A stretch of 61,978 bases of DNA, filler included, from Sphacelaria rigidula (Eukaryota), in NCBI GenBank assembly GCA_964200075.2. It is 10 parts of 10 records of this genome, joined end to end, with 100 filler letters (N's around TTAATTAATTAA, not from the genome) between each part and the next. Parts side by side here need not be neighbours in the genome. Positions count along the whole stretch, not along the records: positions 1 to 6,109 come from CAXNAA020022168.1; positions 6,210 to 12,318 come from CAXNAA020022169.1; 8 more parts are not named here. One strand, written 5' to 3'. The position numbers were made by a program, and so were the translations under genes. This document shows, piece by piece, positions 1 through 12,164 of this stretch. Each line of letters begins with the position of its first letter. Positions within the stretch are counted from its first letter, which is position 1. Below the pieces are notes generated by a model. It was not told the origin of the DNA, ran no database searches, and saw nothing but the letters and a program-made list of their open reading frames with translations.

Positions 1-1086
1 ATCTATCATGACATCTCAGGATTTGTGTGATGGAAGAGCACTTCGGAGACCGGCTCGGCGAATCCGCAAAACAAGCCTCCCTACGACATGAAAAAATGAT
101 GACATCGCTGCACAGCGTATTGGAAACTTACGTTATCAGTCGTGTTCCAATACCGCAGGGGGCAGCTGTTTTGTTTTACTTTCCGCTATCCCCGCTACCT
201 TTTTCGATTCGCTGCGACAAATTATTGTGCTCTCGGCTCCCACAGCACTCACGGTAGAAAATACGTTGCTGACGTTCAACAACATGCTCGTGAGATGAAG
301 AACGTATATATATATATATATATTTTTTTTTTTCGAAACGGGAGATTTTTCTGTGATTCACACCAAGCCGAATCATCCGAAACGGTCGTCATCCCCTGGA
401 AGCCCGTGATCTGGCGGGAATTTTGGTGCAAAAATATTTGAAATCGACGTAGTCGTGCAACCGTGACAAGGAAAAATGTGCCCCAAAAATGAAAAAAAAG
501 TTTTGCACTTTTTTCGGCCGAATCTCACAGGAGGCCTCACCTTTTTTAAATTCTGATTGCGTCAAAATTCCCGTTACATCACGGGCTTCCAGGGCAGTGA
601 GGACAGTCTCGCATGATTGAACCGTTTTGGTGTAAATCACCAAAAATCTCCCGCCCCGAAATCAAATCCCTTCCTAATCTCATGAACATACTGCTGGAGT
701 TAAATTTCACGAAGCGTTGATGCGATGCAGGAGTCACACTCCAATCCGCAATACCGAAATGTCGAGCATGCACCGGGAAAGGTAAAGATGGGTTGGTTGG
801 GCTCCCTTGGGACTGTGGAGTAATCCCGGGGAACGGCAGGGATTGTAAGTTCGACGGTAAGGCAGGAGCGAAGATTGTACGAGTACAAGTATATCTATCC
901 TTGGTGTAAAATGGACAGCCAAAAGATGGAATGCTGTCGTTTCGTAGAGAGTGAGTTGTTGAACCTTTTCCTCTACGTTCTTTTTTTGTATTCTTCATTC
1001 TGTCTCGGCGTCGCCCTCACCTCCTCTTGCTTCCTTGCGTGTTCTCTCTCCCGCCCTTCTACTCCTCTGATCTCGTGCGTTCGAAG

Positions 1087-1179
1087 GTGTTCGAGGAAGT
1101 GGGTTGCTACGTGGACGACACGTCTGCTCGCGTCCTGACCGGCGAGTCCCTCCTGGAAGATCCCGCCATGGATGCTAAT
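1087..1179 (+). CDS. WSC-domain protein, exon a (partial gene, contig 1)
   Basis: aag|GTG...AAT|gtacgt; 31 codons VFEEVGCYVDDTSARVLTGESLLEDPAMDAN match the WSC N-terminal GCYxD..R.L...M motif; phase 0. Confidence 0.85.
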
Positions 1180-3293
1180 GTACGTCGACGACGTTGACCC
1201 TCAGGCAGCGAGAGTAGGTCATATGTTTCATCGGCATCGATTTCACTTTTGAAAAGTATACGCATGATCCAGATGGACTGCCCTCGCGTCTTGTAGTCAT
1301 TCCGTTTCACTCCATTTGCACTCCATTTGCACCTGGATTAAAGAGCAAGCGATTTTGTCATTTTTGAGCGTCAGCGGTAATGCTAGTACATCAGCAGCAA
1401 TAAGCAAAGCCAGCGCAGTTCATTCGTCTCTCAGAACGCTTGAAATCCCTGTAATTGTTTTCGCGGAAATTACGACCCCATCTACTTTCAATCAACGGTT
1501 GGTCGTTACTGTTTTCTGCCCAATGCCATGAAGAGCATTGCAAAAAAATAAGTCAACCAAGCCCCGATCTCGGAATACTTTTGATTGGCCGTACCTTGGC
1601 CAATAAGGAAGGAGGGCACCAATTTATGGTTGGTGAGTGCATTGAAGATTACGTGCCAACATTTCTAGTCCAACCTCGGAAAATTTGGCGGGATTGGGCG
1701 GTACCGGCGATTCCCCTCGCTCACAGCCGGCCTTTCTCGTAGGTAGATCCACGCTTGCAAAGGACTTTCGAAAGTTTTCATGGACGTTGGCATCTATGGG
1801 GGAGAAAGTTGCTTGTTCATTTTGAATGCAAATATCGTGTGCCGGGCAGGCCGGATCTTCTCGAGACCGAAAACAAAGCGGCGAGTTCCAAAAGCAGTAT
1901 GTCGATTAGTCGATCTTTATCGTCGCAACCGAAGGCCCGCCCGACGATCAATCCATACGCTGCTTGCCCTTGGACGCATGCTCCTTTTCCTGCTTTTTTT
2001 TGTTGGTCTCAATTAGACGCGGCCTTAATGCCACGCCTTTCGTGTCTTGAAGTTCCGTGAGGAAAGATCCCACGCTTTTTATGATGAGCAAGGGTTCACC
2101 CACCTGGGATCCCGTACTCGTGTACCGCATGCGGAATAGTCGAAGAGGGGAAGGGGCATCGGAATGGTTCTGGGCAGGGGTCAAACGAGCCCTGTGAGCG
2201 TCAGCAGCAGACGACGGGGACTACAACAGCCATGTATTTTTCCTCGCAAGAAAGGTTGATTCTCTTCGATGTTTTTTTTTTCTTCTTGTCAAGTGAAAAT
2301 ATGGATGTCGGTCCAAGCGATGGATAGATGAACTGGGGGATATAGAGGGATAAAAGGTGTTGTGCTCGGCGCGGACGGGAATCTTGTCGGGGAGAGAAAC
2401 ATACGTCAATAGTTCAGTGCACAACGTCTAAACATTTTTACACACACAGACTGGATTATGGCATTACACATATGGATTATGACGACACGCCCATCCGTCA
2501 TTTCTCGCCGTTTTCTCGCACGAACTCTTCCGTGACCTCCATCAGCTCCTTCCCGTAAAGACTGTGATTGGATCATGGCCCTGGCTCATTAGACTACCAG
2601 TATTCCCCTATTGTACTGTTCCCGACCCTTATTCTGTAAAGAAAGAGTATTGGTTTTTCCGTGTTTTTTTTTCTTCCTTCACATGCGCGCGCGCTGTGCT
2701 GCACATGCACGTGTACCGGCGGTGGATATCAGATCAGAGATGCCAAATAGGAAGTCATCGATCGATCAACGAGGATTTGTGCCCTTATTATCTTCAAGAT
2801 CAAACTTTCGTTTTCTGCCTCTAATCAACCCCGTGCTATACAGTGATCGTTTGTACTTTCCACCCCCTGGATAATGGCAACATTTTGCGTTGTCAAAAGT
2901 GTACTGCGTACAGTATAGACTGTTGCGTCTATTGCAACAGACATATCATATGCGTACGGAGTACATTTTCTTTTGCGATGTCGCCTATTTGTCCGGAGTG
3001 TAGTACTTTCTGAGACGCGAGGGTCCCCGGCGTGCCTGTGCTTGTGTGCATGTAGCTGCTGATGTTGCTGCTGCTGCTCTTTTTATCTCGTGTGACATTG
3101 TGCAACCCTTTTGCAGCCTATTAACGAGGGTAATTCCTGCTACTGTTACGAGTAAGTAAATTCTTCACGTCATATCATATCTGACATACATATTCCGTTT
3201 TTCGTGTGTTTGGCCGTGCTACTCTATTCTTATCCCTGTCAATTTGGCCGCGGTCTCTCGGCTGAATGGATTGGGGACTGATGATGCTCGAAG

Positions 3294-3350
3294 GCATGCG
3301 CCGCGTTCTGCACTAACTCGGATTACTTCGGTACCGAGTACGGCCACGAG
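3294..3350 (+). CDS. WSC-domain protein, exon b
   Basis: aag|GCA...GAG|gtacgt; ACAAFCTNSDYFGTEYGHE matches WSC CxxxC...YFGxEYGxE; in phase with both neighbours. Confidence 0.88.
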
Positions 3351-3656
3351 GTACGTGGGGCTTGCTGTTTTTAACCAATCACTACGAATGTATGGTTTCA
3401 ACACAAAACGAAAGTTGGCTACGGTATGTACAGCGGAGGAATTACTCGCAGGAATTATGTGCCTGCAGTGCTCCGCCTTTCTCTGTCTCTCGTTTAAGCG
3501 TTCGTAGAAAACAATCAATTTGATTTCATTTATATTTTTTTGTTTCCCTTGCGTTGTGTTACCTTGTTCAATAATATTTTTTGCTCTCCTGAGGTCTGTG
3601 GAGAGAAGAAAATTGAGCACGTACTTACGTACTTACGTACTTACGTACATACATCT

Positions 3657-3783
3657 GTATGTATGTATGTATGTATGTATGTATGTATGTATGTATGTAT
3701 GTATGTATGTATGTATGTGGTATGTATGTGGCATGTATATGTTTGTATATGTTTGTATATGTTTGTATATGTTTGTAAATATG
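3657..3783. repeat. (TATG)n microsatellite with degenerate tail
   Basis: direct reading. Confidence 0.95.
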
Positions 3784-4611
3784 TAGACAGAGCGAGATGC
3801 GATTTGACTGGCTGCCGAAGCAAAACAAGGCGAAAAAAAACATAAGATGAAAACAAGAGAGGAATTCTTTATTCAGAGGCTCCTTTTACTTCATTGCGGT
3901 CGGTATTGAACCAACCTGTCGCAAAGTTTGTTTCGTTGTTTTTTTCATGTGTTTCATATAATAGCAAACAACTTGGAACAATATTTTGGTCATGCTGACT
4001 CTATCGACATCACACACACATGGGTACTCTAAAGTAGACAGTGCGTGCTCTCATGTTGGAGAACTCGTTGGGTCAGCAGTCGGTAAGACGTACTTATTTC
4101 CGTCGGAGTTCGCCCGAAGACAGTGTACGAAAGTGCGAGAGGACCGGCCGGACGTTATGTCCTCGGACCAAAATGATGAGAGAAAAGCTACTAAAGGTGG
4201 ACACGTCCGCATGCATCCCGCCAAGGACCACGCTAACAGCACTTTGAAAAATAGACATATACATATTCATGTTTTACGTTGCATTCAAGTATCCTCATTT
4301 TTTTGTGGTGTAAAAAACCAGGAACGCATTTCCTATTCGCTTCTTGTTTCGCCTCTTTTTGATTCAGTTCGTTTTTTTGCCACATTTGTGGATGGGCCGG
4401 AGGGGATTACTCATGATGTTGCAATTAATCCTGTCCCTTTCTCTCCTTTTTTTTTATTTTTTCTTCCCTGTGCGATGTTTCCTTGGTGTTCTTTCTCCGA
4501 TTGGTGTTGTTTTAACGCTGCTTATTCTCCTTGCCTGCTTGTTTGCTTCCTTCGTACCCGGTGCTCGGGAAATGACCGCATCATCACCGCCAACAACAAC
4601 CAAACACGCAG

Positions 4612-4857
4612 TGTTTCTGTTCGATGCCATCGGACAACATCACCTTACTCACGGAGGCACCCAATCAGTGCAACTTTTCGTGCACAGCCACACCAGTGGG
4701 TGAAGTGGAGCTGTGCGGAGGCGAGAACGCCATCTCGATCTACAGGAACCTGTCGCCCCTCTTCGGGCCAACGTACGCTGGTTGCTACACCGATGACGTT
4801 GATACGCGGGTGCTGTCCGGAGAGTTCGTCATGAGGGACCCTACGATGACACCCGAG
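4612..4857 (+). CDS. WSC-domain protein, exon c (ends one WSC repeat, starts the next)
   Basis: cag|TGT...GAG|gtcagt; CFC...CNFSC...CGGENAISIY completes an 8-Cys WSC domain, then YAGCYTDDVDTRVLSG...DPTMTPE starts another. Confidence 0.9.
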
Positions 4858-6109
4858 GTCAGTCGGAATTTATACGATACTTGCAGTCTCTTTTTTTCAC
4901 CGTTTTTTTTTTGTCTCCTTTTTTTCTTTTTTTCCTTCTCCTCAATCCTTTTTGGACCGGACTCCCACTAACCAGACTCAAGTGCTTGGGTTGCATGCGG
5001 GGGCCATTTGTGATGGAGCACAAGTTTTACTCGTTTTCAAGTGAAAATGAGGCCGATTCACGATGGGCCCTCACCCCCGCTTAGTCCTCTCCTGTCCCAA
5101 AAGGGTTGTGACACAAATGGTGGAGCAGTCATGATTTTCATGAACCCCACCGCTCCTTGCACCAGTTGTTTCTATTTCAAGTACGATTGGGAAAAAAAGG
5201 GGGACGGGGAGTATACGCCGACCACACTTCGAACTTCGGCAATGTCAACATAATATATGCATATGCCTTAAGGCGGGGCTTTAATGCTTCGTGTTCAAAA
5301 TGAAACCAGTAACCATAACTGCCGAGTAATATGTAAGTGTTGTCAGTACTGAAGCGATTTTACAGGGTTTTTTTGGCGTGCGCAGGAATGCATGTGGTTA
5401 AGCCAACCGTATCTTCAGTCTCATGTGGCGTATGTTACGATATAATTCATTGCAGTATGAGAGAGTTTCAGAAACCGTTTTTTTATCATTTCAGAGTGCA
5501 GACATCTCAGGACCAGAGTGTAAAGAAAACTTATTCCCCCCTCCGTCAAATGTGGTATTCCCTTAACTCTTTTTATGTTTTTTAAAATTTTATTCTGATC
5601 CTGAAATATTTGCACTCTGGAATGACAAAAAAAGCGTTTTCCGAAACTCTTTTGTAGTACAGTTTTGTATCGTGCCCCGTGTATCGGCGCATGCTGTATT
5701 GAGATCTTTGACTGGACTGAACTTTTGTACCGTGAAACTTACCTCGTACGTGATACATATTTCGGTATTCATGGGAATGATACAGTGCCATGCACACTAC
5801 TTCGCAATGTATGTGCATTGATATATGTCGTATTCTACGATTATACTGTAGCGCAAGTTGATTGAGATCGAACGGGTGGTTGGTTGGTTGATAGTCGCAC
5901 ATTATTGACTGGTCCCCCGAGGTGGTCAGTCGCTGAAGGAAAAAAAAGCAGGCGGGTGGACTAAACACAAGAGTAGAGAAAATAACAAATACAAAGGCAT
6001 GAAACGAACAAAGCATGGACCCCCCCCCCCCCTCTCCCTTGTGTAATATATGGAAGAAACGTGATGAGCTACGGAAGGAAAGTAATGAGCGCCAGAATGT
6101 TGGAGGTGT

Positions 6110-6209
6110 NNNNNNNNNNNNNNNNNNNNNNNNNNNNNNNNNNNNNNNNNNNNTTAATTAATTAANNNNNNNNNNNNNNNNNNNNNNNNNNNNNNNNNNN
6201 NNNNNNNNN
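6110..6209. other. Artificial contig linker 44N-TTAATTAATTAA-44N (first of nine)
   Basis: Identical 100-bp linkers at 6110, 12319, 18527, 24735, 30943, 37151, 43358, 49565 and 55772; the core gives stops in all six frames. Confidence 0.99.
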
Positions 6210-7140
6210 TGCTCCGTCCCGGCTTTGAATGGATGCGAGGTCAGTGATCTTATGACTATGGCATGCATGATCATGAGTACCCCCACCCACTCACCCACCC
6301 ACCCCTCTCGGGGTATGTCTATCTTTTGACCTCGGCTGTATTCCCCAGGCATAAGTTCATTCGCGTCAGTCGATCGATCAATAAAGTGAAGTATAGTCCA
6401 ACAGTATAGATGCGTACCAGAGATTGTTGCCGAAACGTCCCCTTGCTCCTTCTGATTCTGCATTTTTCCCAGGCTGACTTGTCTCCCCCTTATTCTCTTC
6501 TTCACTACTGTTTTATTCCCCCCCTCCCCCCCCCCCCCTCCCCCCCCCCCTCTGCCTTTTTTTCTTTCTCTTCTTTCTCGTCTTTTNNNNNNNNNNCTCC
6601 TTTTTCTTTTTTTTTTCTTTTTTCTCTTTCTCTTTTTTTCCCCCTCTTCTTTTTTCTTTTCCTTTTTTTTTTCCCCCCCCCCCCCCCCCCCCCTCTCTCT
6701 TTCTCTCGGTTTTCGTTGAAATAACATTAGTCAGTCCTCCTTGAGGTTGACTAATGTAGAGTAGAAGACCACTCCAGGTAAGTACTATACTTTTGAATGG
6801 AAACAACGCGGAAAGAAGGTACCTCGGAGTAGATATCAAGAGATATTACGGGTAGGTGTGCCTGTATTCAAGGAAGAAATTTTGCGTTGTCTCGCGGCGG
6901 TTTTCATTTATATTTTTTTCTCTCTGCTTCCTGTAGTTTTTGTTTATTTGGGGCGCGCAACATGCTGAAAGAAGTGGCGCTTCTGTTTCGATTGACGTGA
7001 CTGATTCTGGAATTTTGAAACCCGTGGGACCGGCGAACCGTGATGACGGTATTACTCATTCCGTCACATTATCCCACCCTACCTGTAAACGTTCTGTTTT
7101 CCCGTTTTTTTATTTCTTGTCTTTGGTGCGCGTTGGTCAG

Positions 7141-7212
7141 GACCCCATTCTTTTCCGTGGAACCGTGCGATCCAACCTCGATCCCTTCGAAGAATACACC
7201 GATGCAGCTATG
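7141..7212 (+). CDS. ABCC/MRP-type ABC transporter, NBD2 exon a
   Basis: cag|GAC...ATG|gtgagc; DPILFRGTVRSNLDPFEEYTDAAM is the ABCC (Q)DPxLFxGTVRxNLDPF motif. Confidence 0.93.
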
Positions 7213-7525
7213 GTGAGCAGATTGGTGTACTGTACTTGTATATAGTTCTCTCTGTCTCTCGCTCCCGTGTGTTGCGTTCCACGTTGCATCTACTAATGTC
7301 CGCATCTACTGCAGTCTTGGCAAGTGACTGGCTGCCCGGCTCGTCCTCCGCAGTCTTGGGCGCAGCAGCAGCTCCGCCAACCGTGCTCGAGATGTTCGTG
7401 TGGCTGATTCAGTTGATGTATACAACATATAAATGCTTGACTTTTACTGCCCTCGTCATCACTAGAAATATGTTGCTCAAGAATTGTTTATATCAAGTCC
7501 CTCATCATTATTACTACTGTACAAA

Positions 7526-7830
7526 GTCCCGGTGGTCTGATGGTTCGATGGTCACCACTGGAGTGCAGGGAACGCGGGTACGCGTCCTGCCGGAATTGCG
7601 GCGTTTCTCTTCGAAGTATCTGATTTCCACCGTCGAACGGCTGAAAGCGTATCTGGACGAAAAATAGTTGACTGAGTTTGCTTGATGAGAGGTTACACGG
7701 TGCGGGACTGTTGACCATGATCCAGTTCGTGCGATAAAAATGCGAGACGTGTACTAGGGGAGCGACGGATCGATCTCTTGAGACCACGGACCCGTTCCGA
7801 GGAACGGAGGGGTGAGACAAATAGAAGAAA
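7526..7830 (+). mobile_element. tRNA-derived SINE-like family 2 copy
   Basis: tRNA-like head (TGGTCTGATGG; B-box GGTTCGACTCCC clear in the 44343-44637 copy); shared body tatctgatttccaccgtcgaa...gcggtgcgggag...tccaatccgcgagaccaaaatgc also at ~690-870, ~32720-32890(-) and 41230-42008. Confidence 0.65.
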
Positions 7831-7835
7831 CTTAA

Positions 7836-8064
7836 CCCTATTGGAACCGTTGATGGAAAAGTGACGATTTACAAACAACTCCCAGGAAAATGTCACTCTG
7901 AATTCTGTGCACGAATCTGTCACATTAATATACTTGAGCTGAGAGTGGTGAACCGTCTTGGTGGGCTGCATCATCAACACTTCACTTGCAGAAAAACAAC
8001 CATGTCTCACCCAAGGAAACGTCAAGTGTAAATCGTCACTTTTCCATCCACGTTTCCAACAGGG
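7836..8064. mobile_element. piggyBac-like MITE
   Basis: TTAA|CCCTATTGGAACCGTTGATGGAAAAGTGACGATTTAC ... GTAAATCGTCACTTTTCCATCCACGTTTCCAACAGGG|ATAA; imperfect TIRs of ~37 bp; related sequence at ~16927-17170 and ~12550-12660. Confidence 0.75.
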
Positions 8065-8162
8065 ATAATTCAACTCTCCTTGTTTTTTCGTGTAGATGTT
8101 TTTGTTCTTGCCTTCTTTTGCGGGCTGTTTGATTTTGTGGTATGGGTGGTGTGTGGTATGCT

Positions 8163-9509
8163 TAGGGCTGTGAACTGGCTGCTCTGGCCAGTTAAGTTCA
8201 AACTGGCCGCGCCAGCGGCCAGTACATCGATTGTTTTTCAGTCAATCGGCAATCGAAAGCGCGAGCAGCCAACAACCTTCCCCCGGTTGGTGAGGGGGCC
8301 CCGCGGGAGGAAAATTGCGTTATTTGGCTTGTTTTTCCTTCAAAAATGTGGGAAGATGTAGAAAATGTAACCCCTCACATTGACGAGCTAAAAGCCTTAG
8401 ATGACACAGGAGGGACAAAAAAACCCCTACAAGACCCTACGTACCCCCCCCCTCCCGGCCCCTCGCCTCCGGCGGTCGTGAGATTTTTTTTTATTTCACA
8501 GTAAGAAGCACTCAATTGATAGCCATTTGGGGGGCGACTTGGGTGAGGTAGCGCCCATGATTGTTGGCCTTATGTGCCACGAAGATGCGACGCACATTGG
8601 ACGCAAGTTGAGGGTGCAGATAGATCCGTTTAGCTTGATTGAGCAAGCATTGTAGAGCATTATGGTACATGTCTGGTCCTGTTCTTGTCGTGGAAGTGTG
8701 ATGTACAATGTATTGCCGAAACCCGTAAATATAACTTGCCCTTGGCTCCGAAGGTATGCGAAAAATTAAAGATTCACTGACACGAATTTTATTTTTTCTA
8801 TACTTTTTGGTCTATGTTTCCACTCTTTTGATTTATCTTATTAATTATTCATGAATGAGATTCAGTGACTCCCCCCCGCCCCCGAAAATCTCCAGCTTTA
8901 AAAAAAGGGATATAGGGTCTCGGATCGTTTTTTTGTCACTCTCGGATGACGTTCAACTCCCATTCAAAGCGGTGAGCGATTCGAAAACCATTCATCTGTA
9001 ATATGCAGCAGCAGACTCTCTGTGAGGAGAGGAGGATGCAAACAAGCCAAGGCTGGCAGCACGCGGGGATAAGAGCGCGAAATGATTCACCTCCGGACCC
9101 ACAAATACGCATGCAGTTGAATTGCAAGCCATGGTGTAATCTTCGTATTTTGTGGTCGCGGTTTACCGTTTGTTTGCTATTTTTGATTCCAGATGTCGTG
9201 CCATGAAACGACAAACCTGGCATATATACGCCATATCACTTCGAGATGTAGTGACCACGAGTACTGTACTGTACTGGCTCTACCTGTACGTGTACTCTTG
9301 TCAGGTGCAGACCCCAATCCTACTGTAATTTTGTTTGTAATCATGCAAGCATCTTTGTTATAAACTCACCCTCCTAAAAATGGTATCAACAGAGCCGGTA
9401 ACGGCAAACTTGAAAAAAACTGGATAAACTGGAGTCCTCATCACCACTTCCAGTTAAACTCCAGTTCCAGTTTAACTGCCAGTACAAACTGGTCCAGTTC
9501 ACAGCCCTA
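8163..9509. mobile_element. Non-autonomous hAT-like transposon in an ABCC intron
   Basis: Perfect 16-bp TIR TAGGGCTGTGAACTGG; 8-bp TSD GGTATGCT/GGCATGCT; subterminal AACTGG/CCAGTT motifs. Confidence 0.88.
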
Positions 9510-10194
9510 GGCATGCTCCTTGCACTCCGTGACCACGGGTTCGAGAGATCGGGCTAATGTGATGAACATAATGATAGTGATAATGTGAAGGCGGTTCGAT
9601 TTGGCATACGTATGTGTGTGTGTTTTTGCCTTCGTGACGTCGGGTGAGAAGGAGTGGTTGAATGCTTGAAAGTGATGTTATATACATTTTTTTTCTTCTA
9701 CATATATTTCTTTGATTGAAATTGTTCCTCTATAAATATGGAACACAAATCCTTCAATTGATTGAGCTGTCATACGGCTATGACCCTGGCTTGTGCTTGA
9801 AGTTTTGGGTCATCTGTAGGTTTTGTGCTTTTTGGTACTGTAACAGTATTTTATAGCGGGATATTCACTAGCTGTATTTTGTCTTGGTATACGTTTTTGC
9901 CTCTAGAATCATTGAATCTATAATGAGAAACGCTCATTATGGGGTGATTAATCCCGCCGAGTGACGAGGAGTGTCGATATAAGAGGAGAGAAATGGCAAG
10001 AGAAAAAAGCAAGAAAAGATGGAGGGAAAATTAGCGGCCAGTCGTAGGTCACACATATCAACAACGGATTCCCTTACCGCGTACTATTTCATGCGTGTTC
10101 ATCAAACATTACGTCGACGTGTACAACATGTGATGTCGCCCGTGTGACGGAGATCTAATGATCAGCGGTGCGATGGATACCCAATGATGTACGG

Positions 10195-10515
10195 GTAGTA
10201 CATTTGATTTGTATCGGACAAATCACTCAGTTCAGTATGCGCTATGATCGGTATATTTGATTCACGGATGATGACCTCTTTCGTCACAACTGATACAATG
10301 CAGCACACTTGATCCCGATCGGACAGCGTATTCAGTTCAGTGTGTACTGAGATCGGCACATTTGATCTTCGGATGATGGCCTTCTTTGTCACAATCAACT
10401 CAATACAGTACAGTTGATCTGTATGGGACAGGGCATTACAGAGCATTCTGTCCAGTGTAACTAACTATAATCGGTATATTTAATGTACGGATAATGGCCA
10501 ATTTTGTCGCAAGTA
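10195..10515. repeat. Degenerate tandem repeat, ~3 units of ~110-120 bp
   Basis: atcgg(t/c)a(t/c)attt..cggat(g/a)atg(a/g)cc..tttgtc(a/g)caa recurs three times. Confidence 0.75.
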
Positions 10516-10556
10516 TGGTATGTATCCTTATTTTTGACGTGCGTTGTACTGCATAG

Positions 10557-10733
10557 TGGGAAGCACTTCGGCAAGCCCACATGGACAACTCTATCGGGCA
10601 CGCCGGAGGCTTAGATGCTCTCGTGGAGGAGAACGGAGGCAACCTCAGCGTTGGCGAACGGCAGCTCATGTGCATGGCGCGCGCGTTGCTGAGAAAGTCG
10701 TCGATTTTGGTCATGGACGAAGCCACGGCGAAC
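10557..10733 (+). CDS. ABCC/MRP-type ABC transporter, NBD2 exon b (signature and Walker B)
   Basis: tag|TGG...AAC|gtgagt; WEALRQAHM...[33 protein letters not shown]. Confidence 0.95.
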
Positions 10734-12134
10734 GTGAGTCGACAAAGGAAAAATCAAAACGATTGCACGAACAATAATATTATACGATACTGAAAATTTG
10801 CGTTTATCTTCTAAACAACAATTGAGCTGCTCATTCAATTTTTTGTGCGACACCGCCGCACCCCAGGAGTCTAACCGATATTGCAGACTCCAGTTGCAGA
10901 GGTCACGAGATCGAATCCCAACTTTTGCTTATTCTTTTTTTCGCAGAATCTGGTCCCGTCATTAAACCTGTACATTACGCTGTACATTTTTTTGTTCATT
11001 TTTCAGTCCTTGCGGCAGAGCGTGCACCAGCAGGTGGGTCTGCAGTTCGCAGCAGTATACTTACATAGTGCTGAGTCGGGAAGCTGAGAAAAATTATCGT
11101 GAGCCCGCAGTATGCATGGTTAGAGGCTGGTCCATCTTCTCGTGATGAACTGATGAAGATGGCCGAAAGTGTAAGTTTCTCTTGCGTTCCCCCTGCCCTC
11201 CCCTGTTCATCGACACTCGTGCATGTGCCAATATTAGTTTTTATATTACTTTGCAACAAAAATGTGCCGCAGGTCGTATGAGAGTTATATGGGACTGAGA
11301 AAGGGCAGTTGATACCCACGCTGCCTGAAACCAAGGCACGCAAGCCCCTCCTCCACCCCTCCACCCCGAAACCCATGTATATGGTCTGTTTTGGAAGTCA
11401 TCGTTATCAATGTATGCTGTTTGGTACAAAAAATGATGAAATGGGGAATGTCTGTGTTCACAGCCCCCCCGGCTACTCATAATATGAATCGTTGCATTGT
11501 CATACGTAAGGAAATTCGTAGATTCGGCAAATCACATGCATTCACTTTGGTCCTTCGGCCATCCCTGGTGCTGTTCTGCTGTACAAATGTCATTTGATGG
11601 GTTCGACACGCATGTGGTGTTTTGCTGAGAGTAGAGGCCGTCAGTATCGATAGAAACAGCATTCACATATGTCTCCCCCCACAGCAGAGTGGGAACCTTT
11701 TACCAGTGAAGTCCACATGTTCAGCATTGGTGAGTTTTGCGAGTTTTTGGAAGTCGCGCATAGCCTACGTACGGAGGCCATCCTAGGGGGTGTCGGCGTG
11801 TTGACCATGTGATCCACTAAACACCCATGAAATTTCCAAGAGTATACCCACTGAAAAAAAAAATGCTGACTCACTCGAACGTTCTCGAATGGCGTGATGA
11901 CCACGTGTCGAATGCCGCCGCAAATTTCACGCTTTTACAAGAGAGGTTCCTTAACTCACAAGACCATTTTGTTTGTATATACACCCGGTTACCTTGCTCC
12001 GTCCACGTCGCGTGCCAATTCGTTGGGTCTTGCTCCCATCATCATCCATCTATCTCCTGGGCCACCTTCTATGTCTGCGCTATACACGGTGCGCGGGCTG
12101 CTCTTGACTATCGCTGTCTTTTCGATTCGACCAG

Positions 12135-12164
12135 GTGGACCCGGAAACCGATCTTCTCATTCAG
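12135..12164 (+). CDS. ABCC/MRP-type ABC transporter, 30-nt exon c (D-loop)
   Basis: cag|GTG...CAG|gtatag; VDPETDLLIQ directly continues DEATAN-VD. Confidence 0.88.

Noticed and set aside
3986..4834. 282-aa ORF and overlapping ORFs as standalone genes
   Set aside because: The composition is intron-like; the real coding signal is the 4612-4857 WSC exon in another frame.
6158..6727. Low-complexity ORFs (poly-K/G/P/M/Q/V, also 14040, 18628, 58632, 60528 and 61361)
   Set aside because: They are translations of homopolymers, microsatellites and N gaps.
11150..11170. Hammerhead ribozyme core CTGATGA...GAAA (also ~42401-42421)
   Set aside because: Stem II does not close properly at 11150, and stems I and III with a cleavage triplet could not be formed convincingly at either site.
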